A stretch of 64,000 nucleotides of DNA from Octopus vulgaris. Its lineage: Eukaryota. Shown one piece after another: positions 56,216-64,000 of this stretch (position 1 is the first letter of the stretch; every line of letters starts with the position of its first letter). The DNA lies in assembly GCA_951406725.2 (NCBI GenBank), contig OX597821.1:27528001-27592000 (forward strand). The letters run 5' to 3'. The position numbers and the translations under genes are program-made. Below the pieces are notes generated by a model. That model did no database searches. It was not told the origin of the DNA and saw only the letters and a program-made list of their open reading frames with translations.

Positions 56216-56741
56216 GCGAATAGGAAATACACAAATATCGCTACTATTGGAGGTTAATGGCTGAGAAAATCCATTGCACTTTTAAGAGCTGAATTCAAAT
56301 GAAAAAAATGATTAAGTTTAATAAGCATGGCCTTTGCTTGAGATAACGTTCGTAATGGCAAAATTCTTTATATCTGCTTATTACTTTCAGATGAATTAAG
56401 AATTTATCATATATATCATTAAGTCTACCCTCATCTGTTACTGTTGTATAGTTCCATACCATTGACAACTCAACGTGTTTTTCTTTAAGTGCACCTTTCA
56501 CACTTACTTCTCTTCGTCGTTGGCAATCGCCCATACTGGGTATCACTTTGAAGGGTTTTAGTCGAAGAAATCGACGTTAGTATATATATTTTTACTCTGC
56601 TCCCTATTACATGGAAATCTGTTGCTGAACTACTAGGTTACAGTGATGCAAACGAATGAATAGCAATTGCTAAGCTTGAATAGGAAAAGTATAGACAAAA
56701 TGACACACGCACAAACACGCGCGCACTCACACAGATATATA

Positions 56742-57880
56742 TACGAGAGTGGGATGAAATGTTCATAGGCTAACTATAATGGAATGATCCTAGAACGGTG
56801 AAATCTCGCGTGCATAAATATCTGATTCTTGAAAGAATTCAAAATTAACGAGTATCATTTTCTTTTGAAATTGGACAAGATTTGGAATCGTGGCGTAATT
56901 AGTTACCAGAAAAACGGTTTAGACCCCCAGGACATTCATTTTGCATTGGTTGCTACATTAAAGGATGACACCCCAGTTTTATCAACAAAGCAAAAGTGCG
57001 CAGCTGAATTGTGAACGAGAAGAGAGAATGATGAGGATGACCCAAGTTGTGTAGTTTCACTACTGCTGAAAATATTGTGTTCGTCACGTATTAATGCATG
57101 AGAGGCGATTGACTATACATCAAATGGCTAATGTTGTTATCATATACTGTGGGAGACATGAAAATACTGTGATCAACACATTTGGAACGACAATGGTTTC
57201 TCCTCCGGGGCTGTCACGTCTTGTGAGACCTGCTCAAATGCATACCAGGCTGATCAGATCAGAGGAAAATTTGACGTTGTTCGAACCAGATCGAGCTTGT
57301 TTCCTTGAATAGTTCCAAAGCTATGATGAGTGTTAATTTCAGTACTTTGAACCATAACCAAATCGACTATCCATGCATTGTAAACACCCGTCCTCACCTG
57401 TTCGAGAGGAGGCTGAGGTCGTTTCATCTGCAGATAAGTTGATGGATTCACTGTTGTGGAATGAAAAAGACATTTTATTTATTGACTATCTTCAGAAGAT
57501 GCACACCATTTATAGAATACTATGCCGACTAACTAAGACAGTTACAAAAATGACGAATAATTAATTTTTTCATTAAGAAAATGTTCCAGTACACACGTCC
57601 TAGCTTGCAATTGGTGCTGTGCATGAATGTGGCTTTGAACATGTCGATCACACGAACACAGTTTTCTTGATTTGGGCCTATAAGTTCCCCAACATAAATA
57701 AACCTTACCTATAAACCAGTATCGCAATGATAATGATGTAATATCAGCTGTTGCTGGCGATTTTGATCAAGAGGATGAGAGGTTCTTCACTAATGGGATC
57801 CAAGCACTAGAAGAAAACAGTGGGCCACGAGAGGTGATATATTGAAAAACAACTAATTTAGTCACATTCCAACCCTCACA
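56742..57880 (+). mobile_element. Decayed near-full-length mariner element
   Basis: TA-CGAGAGTGGGATGAAATGTTCATAGGC end; RGVISYQKNGLDPQDIHFALVATLKDDTP; ERRLTIHQMA; ADKLMDSLLWNEKDILFIDYLQKMHTI; DERFFTNGIQALE. Confidence 0.78.
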
Positions 57881-57920
57881 TATATATTTATGACAGGCTT
57901 CACACACTCACATTTCGTCC

Positions 57921-58205
57921 GTGGAGGCATATGGCCTAGTGGTTAGAGCAGCGGACTCGCGGTCGAGGGATCGCGGGTTCGAATCTCAGACCGGGCAATG
58001 TGTGTGTTTATGAGCGAAACACCTAAGCTTCACGCGGCTTCGGCAGAAGGAAATGTCTCTTTCGCCACAACTTTCTCTCACTCTTTCCTCCTGCATCTTG
58101 CAGCTCACCTGCGACGGACCGGCGTCTACTCCAGGTGGGGAACCTATATGCCAAGGAAACCGGGAAACCGGCCCTTGTGAGCTAGCCATGGCTCGTGAAG
58201 GAACA
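57921..58205 (+). mobile_element. Young tRNA-derived SINE, inserted in an older minus-strand SINE
   Basis: Consensus-like A box TGGCCTAGTGG (~57933) and B box GGTTCGAATC (~57976), CpG-rich; older SINE pieces at ~57891-57906 and 58210-58351. Confidence 0.88.
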
Positions 58206-58803
58206 CATGTAGTCTACCACTTTCACTGACAAAATATTGGTTGTATGGTGGGTATAATAGAAAAAAACAGCCAGAGGTACGGCGCAATGGCACCGAACCC
58301 GAAGTCACGTTCGTGCAAGGCAAGCTTCTAATCACACAACCATATCTGCGCTTATATGCATCACTTTCCGTGCGTTTGTGTGTGTGCGTGTGTGTTAAGG
58401 CGTACGATTTCGTGTGCGGGCGCGCACATACACTCAGACAAAAACAGACACGTATTTAAAAGGAACAAAATTTATTGATTCATTGGAAGTTAAATATTCA
58501 TAATTCCACAAATTCTGAGAGTTTACTGCATGAATTTACAAGCATGAGTTTGAATAAATACATATATATTTTCATACGCTGCACATCCGATAATAAAGCA
58601 TCAGGAGTAGATTAATTCTTTATCTGTGTGTCTATATTTTTCCTGTGCAGTCTATGACTTCAAATCTCAGCGGATTTGTTTTCCTATTTTATGTCGACAA
58701 CCTATTAAGAAAAGATAATAAAGGGACAACTCTTTTTTCATTATATTATACATCCTAATATATACATATATACATACGTACATACATATATAATAATGAT
58801 AAA

Positions 58804-58874
<71 letters not shown>

Positions 58875-58876
<2 letters not shown>

Positions 58877-59040
58877 TGGCTGAAAAAGTTCAGTGCAAGT
58901 GTGAAGGTAGAACACCTACAAAAATCAGCACTGTTTGGAACCGTAAGAACTCTTCGCAGGTTTCTTGAAGCATGACCAGTAAACAAGTGCCACCTTAGTC
59001 GGCTCACTGTGGACAGCTGATAATTTTCATCATACCCAGC
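58875..59040 (+). mobile_element. Dong/R4 family D (last 33 codons plus 3'UTR)
   Basis: WLKKFSASVKVEHLQKSALFGTVRTLRRFLEA* aligns with the RLE C-terminus QKxxLxGTxxILR of families A-C; flanked by (AAT)n. Confidence 0.85.
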
Positions 59041-59041
59041 A

Positions 59042-59084
<43 letters not shown>

Positions 59085-59085
59085 C

Positions 59086-59122
<37 letters not shown>

Positions 59123-59142
59123 TAATAATAATAATAATAATA

Positions 59143-59211
<69 letters not shown>

Positions 59212-59765
59212 GCCCTGATGCAGTACCAGGCAGTGGCTCTCATGGCTTCTGATCTTAACTGATTGGAAGTGTTATCATGTACATTGTTTTGTCTTGGTAT
59301 AAAATATGGGCTACAACAAATATTCTGCTCAGTACCACAGATTTACTTGTCAGTTGTTTGACCTTAACCAGTTGAGCATGTCCCTTAGTGGCTGACGATA
59401 TATGCATCTCTGATCACGAGCAGAAGTAGTGGGGGAGCATCATAGCCATGTGTTGATAGTGATTCTTTGGGGTTTGAATACTTCACCTATAGAAACATGG
59501 GTGGTTCTTTCAACATCCTTCAATAACCCTTATTCAGGGACCTTTTGAGCAGGATGGGCTACTCAACCTGAAGAAAATTCTAACTGGGCCCCACCTGCAA
59601 GGTCATGTGCTGTTTATCTTGATATGAGGTCACCATGTCGCGCACATATGGTTGTGATGCATGTGCCTGGTGTACCCTTATCAGATGGGTAGTCATGATG
59701 GGTATATTGGGCTTCGTATATTTTACCCCAGTGTCACTTTGATGACATGAACCGCTCTCTCACTC
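59212..59765 (+). mobile_element. 554-bp non-coding element embedded in (AAT)n (element E, copy 1)
   Basis: Sharp boundaries with (AAT)n on both sides; ends CTCTCTCACTC|AATAAT in the same phase as the Dong 3' ends; no ORF of 60 aa or more in the track. Confidence 0.7.
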
Positions 59766-61611
59766 AATAATAATAATAATAATAATAAATATAAATATGC
59801 ATATATTGGTACAGGACATAATGACCGGTACAAACAACATGAAATGCGTAAACAAACGAGTTAAATACCTAAATAACGAGAAAGAAAAAATTGAAAAGAG
59901 GACGGGTAAGCATAGGGAAAGGACCCTTCATCAGCTGTCGGCTGTCTATCTACTCGTCATTCGAGCATTCAACGGAAATATGAGTCTTCAAAGACAGTTG
60001 TTCCTATGAATTCTAAAATAAAATTGGGAACAAAAACAGGACAGTGGATATATACAAGGAAACCGAACGAAAACAAACATGGAGGGTTGTCATACGAGAA
60101 CGAGATCAAAATAGTGAACGCTGTGAGAAATATTTTCTTCGGAAAATAGAAAAGATACAAGAGAGAGAGAGCAAAATATTAGAAAAAAAAACGTTCAGTC
60201 ATTCATACTACAGCATCGGCTGCTAGAATATTGTAAGAAGAAATTAATTGTTCGAGATCTTTGGAAGGGTGTTAAAATACTGATGTATGGCATAAATTTC
60301 TAATGTATACACTTTGAATTTACTTCGCAGAAGATTAAACGGATATGCAGATTTTAATGACGGAATCGCAAAAGGAATTGTGAAGACAGGAAAATGGGTA
60401 TGTTGTAAAAATTACAATTTTTATAACATTCGCAAAGTTATATAAAAATTACACTGACATTTATTTAGAAACGTATTTCGCCTGTTGTCTTTTCTGAAAT
60501 GTAGGGCATATATTCAAAACATGTTAATGATGTGTAGACTTTAGTAATATTTCTTCGGCAAAACTTTAGAGCAGCTATCCAATTAATTTATGATGTAACT
60601 AAAGACAGCGATTACTAACGTAGCTGTGTGAGTTAAGCCGGGCATAGAGTTTATAGGAAATATAAAATAATTCCTAACATTATATCATTCTCTAAGTATA
60701 TTTGGAGAAATGACATTCTTAAAGAGAAGTTGATATATCAAGACTGATTTAAATGCTACCTAACAGTAATATATAAAATGATATTTTCGCAGGAAGCTTG
60801 TAAAACAATAGAAATGTTGGTATATAGTGAGACATATGAAATTCATTCTTTTATTTTGAAGATAATCATCACATGGACCTTATAAAATAAAGCAGAAATT
60901 AAAGAAATGGAACAATTTTATTATGATAATAATTTCAAATTCTGTATTTGTAACGGGATTTATGTCCCTAATGCTAGAATTCTTCGGGACTTGGATGAAC
61001 ATTAACCAAAGCAAATTAATAATAGGTCATGATCAAGGAAAATATCTGTTAGTCATAATATTTGTATTGTTAGTGTGGAGATACGCAATTTAACACTTGC
61101 GGTTAAGCCTATTATCTACACCCCGCACACCATTATTAGTTGCTTCTATATGTGTAAGTAGATATGAAAATATACGTATATCTATGATGTATGCATATAA
61201 ATAGACTCATATAAACATACTGTGCAAAATTAGTTCATACATATATGTGAGCCTGTGTCTGAGAGAGTATGTGCATGTGTATCTATGGGCAAAGGAGAGA
61301 GCCCACGGTGCAGTAAACAACTGAAGTGAAGGGAAACGGAAGAAATGCAAGACACATCTCGGATCAACCATACTTTTTCCTTCCATCAGATATGAGACGA
61401 AGCCGGGATTCTTCAGAATAACTCAGAACAATTCCATGTTTCAGCACAATTATGGGAGATGAGGATAATCTAGGGGAAAGATTCTTGCAGTGGATGCGGA
61501 TTTACACGATAACACGATCCAAATTAGTGAAGAGATTTGCTCTTGGTTGTTCAGATAAATAAAATAAAAATGAGTAACAGCTACACATCTTTGTTACCCA
61601 TATATATATAT

Positions 61612-61689
<78 letters not shown>

Positions 61690-62024
61690 TGTTCATAAAT
61701 TATGCACACATGGTTCTTCTGAAAATAAAAAAAAGAAATATCGTAGACTCATAATGTCATATACTTTTATAGAAAGCAGATAGCGGCATTGTTTCTTTCG
61801 GTGAATTATTGTATAATTCAGTTACCAGTATCAGATACAAAATGTTGGAATGCTCGCTTATTTTAATGAGTCAATAATTTAGCTATGTTGTTGATATAAT
61901 GTAATATAGATGGCAACTAAAGTATGAGGTTTTCTGTCGATATTAACCATCATAAATTATGAAACACTATCAATTGTAAGCCTTTCCGAACCATGTCTTT
62001 AAACACATGATTTTCGATTTATTT

Positions 62025-62067
<43 letters not shown>

Positions 62068-62621
62068 GTCCTGATGCAGTACCAGGCAGTGGCTCTCATG
62101 GCTTCTGATCTTAACTGATTGGAAGTGTTATCATGTACATTGTTTTGTCTTGGTATAAAAGATGGGCTACAGCAAATATTTTGCTCAATACCACAGATTT
62201 ACTTGTCAGTTGTTTGACCTTAACCAATTGAGCATGTCCCTTAGTGGCTGACGATATGTGCATCTCTGATCACGAGCAGAAGTAGTGGGGGAGCATCATA
62301 GCCATGTGTTGATAGGGATTCTTTGGGGTTTGAATAATTCACCTATAGAAACATGGGTGGTTCTTTCAACATCCTTCAATAACCCTTATTCAGGGACCTT
62401 TTGAGCAGGATGGGCTACTCAACCTGAAGAAAATTCTAACTGGGCCCCACCTGCAAGGTCATGTGCTGTTTATCTTGATATGAGATCACCATGTCGCGCA
62501 CATATGGTTGTGATGCATGTGCCTGGTGTACCCTTATCAGATGGGTAGTCATGATGTGTATATTGGGCTTCGTATATTTTACCCCAGTGTCACTTTGATG
62601 ACATGAACCGCTCTCTCACTC
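62068..62621 (+). mobile_element. Element E, copy 2 (within the duplication)
   Basis: Same length and boundaries as copy 1, with few substitutions. Confidence 0.7.
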
Positions 62622-64000
62622 AATAATAATAATAATAATAAATATAAATATGCATATATTGGTACATGACATAATGACCGGTACAAACAACATGAAATGC
62701 GTAAACAAACGAGTTAAATACCTAAAGAACGAGAAAGAAAAAATTGAAAAGAGGACGGATAAACATAGGGAAAGGACCCTTCATCAGCTGTCGACTGTCT
62801 ATCTACTCGTCATTCGAGCATTCAACGGAAATATGAGTCTTCAAAGACATTTGCTCCTATGAATTCTAAAATAAAATTGGGAACAAAAACAGGACAGTGG
62901 ATATATACAAGGAAACCGAACGAAAACAAACATGGAGGGTTGTTAGACGAGAACGAGATCAAAATAGTGAACGCTGTGAGAAATATTTTCTTCGGAAAAT
63001 AGAAAAGATACAAGAGAGAGAGAGCAAAATATTAGAAAAAAAAAACGTTCAGTCATTCATACTACAGCATCGGCTGCTAGAATATTGTAAGAAGAAATTA
63101 ATTGTTCGAGACCTTTGGAAGTGTGTTAAAATACTGATGTCTGGCATAAATTTCTAATGTATACACTTTGAATTTACTTCGCAGAAGATTAAACGGATAT
63201 GCAGATTTTAATGACGAAATCGCAAAAGGAATTGTGAAGACAGGAAAATGGGTATGTTGTAAAAATTACAATTTTTATAACATTCGCAAAGTTATATAAA
63301 AATTACACTGACATTTAATTAGAAACGTATTTCGCCTGTTGTCTTTTCTGAAATGCAGGACATATATTCAAAACATGTTAATGATGTGTAGACTTTAGTA
63401 ATATTTCTTCGGCAAAACTTTAGAGCGGCTATCCGATTAATTAATGATGTATTTAAAGACAGCGATTACTAACGTAGCTGTGTGAGTTAAGCCGGGCATA
63501 GAGTTTATATGAAATATAAAATAATTCCTAACATTATATCATTCTCTAAGTATATCTGGAGAAATGACATTCTTAAAGAGAAGTTGATATATCAAGACTG
63601 ACTTAAATGCTACCTAACAGTAATATATAAAATGATATTTTCGCAGGAATCTTGTAAAATAATACAAATGTTGGTATATAGTGAGACATATAAAATTCAT
63701 TCTTTTATTTTGAAGATAATCATTACATGGACCTTATAAAATAAAGCAGAAATTAAAGAAATGGAACAATTTTATTATGATACTCATTTCAAATTCTGTA
63801 TTTGTAACGGGATTTATGTCCCTAATTCTAGAATTCTTCGGGCCTTGGAGGAACATTAACCAAAGCAAATTAACAATAGGTCATGATCAAGGAAAATATC
63901 TGTTAGTCATACTATTTGTATTGATAGTGTCGAGATGCGCATTTTCTTCGCAGTTTCTTAACGGAAATTTACCACTTGCATTTAAGCCTATTATCTACAC

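Larger units (their letters stand above)
59211..64000. repeat. Local direct duplication, offset 2856 bp (59211-61121 matches 62067-64000; runs off the window)
   Basis: Collinear high identity over about 1.9 kb, including element E, a PLE-like piece and unique AT-rich DNA; homology starts inside (AAT)n tracts. Confidence 0.96.

Noticed and set aside
48570-57880. SETMAR-like domesticated transposase among the mariner pieces
   Set aside because: All copies carry many stops and frameshifts, and no SET domain or exon structure is visible.
57921-57995. tRNA gene (also 5030-5100)
   Set aside because: A and B boxes are present, but I could not form a convincing cloverleaf or find an oligo-T terminator; the head continues into a SINE body.
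59915-59970. Hammerhead on the minus strand (CTGATGAAGGG..CCC; duplicated at ~62770-62825)
   Set aside because: Stem II is followed by TATG rather than GAAA, so the core cannot be completed.

Overview
AT-rich eukaryotic non-coding DNA made almost entirely of microsatellites and transposable-element remains. The SINE families and repeat style suggest an octopus or other cephalopod genome (inference). I found no intact host protein-coding gene; most ORFs in the track are translated microsatellites. Main content: (1) a decayed Helitron (Rep HUH plus PIF1 helicase, minus strand, about 1.4-4.9 kb). (2) 5'-truncated R4/Dong-type non-LTR retrotransposons (RT, CCHC knuckle, restriction-like endonuclease) from at least four families. 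Every copy sits in an (AAT)n tract in the same orientation, one family is nested inside another, and a 554-bp non-coding element shares the same insertion signature. (3) RTE and CR1 LINE fragments, including an RTE copy with a clean 5' inversion and an 11-bp target-site duplication (TSD). (4) A Penelope-like element (PLE) hotspot at about 39-45 kb, with GIY-YIG remnants, inverted repeats and minimal hammerhead-ribozyme motifs, several carrying a U3-A8 core covariation. (5) tRNA-derived SINEs, mariner and piggyBac remnants, and two copies of a MITE with internal TTAGGG repeats. (6) A recent duplication with a 2856-bp offset at the right end, starting in (AAT)n. All calls come from reading the sequence by eye; no searches were run, and many element boundaries are approximate.
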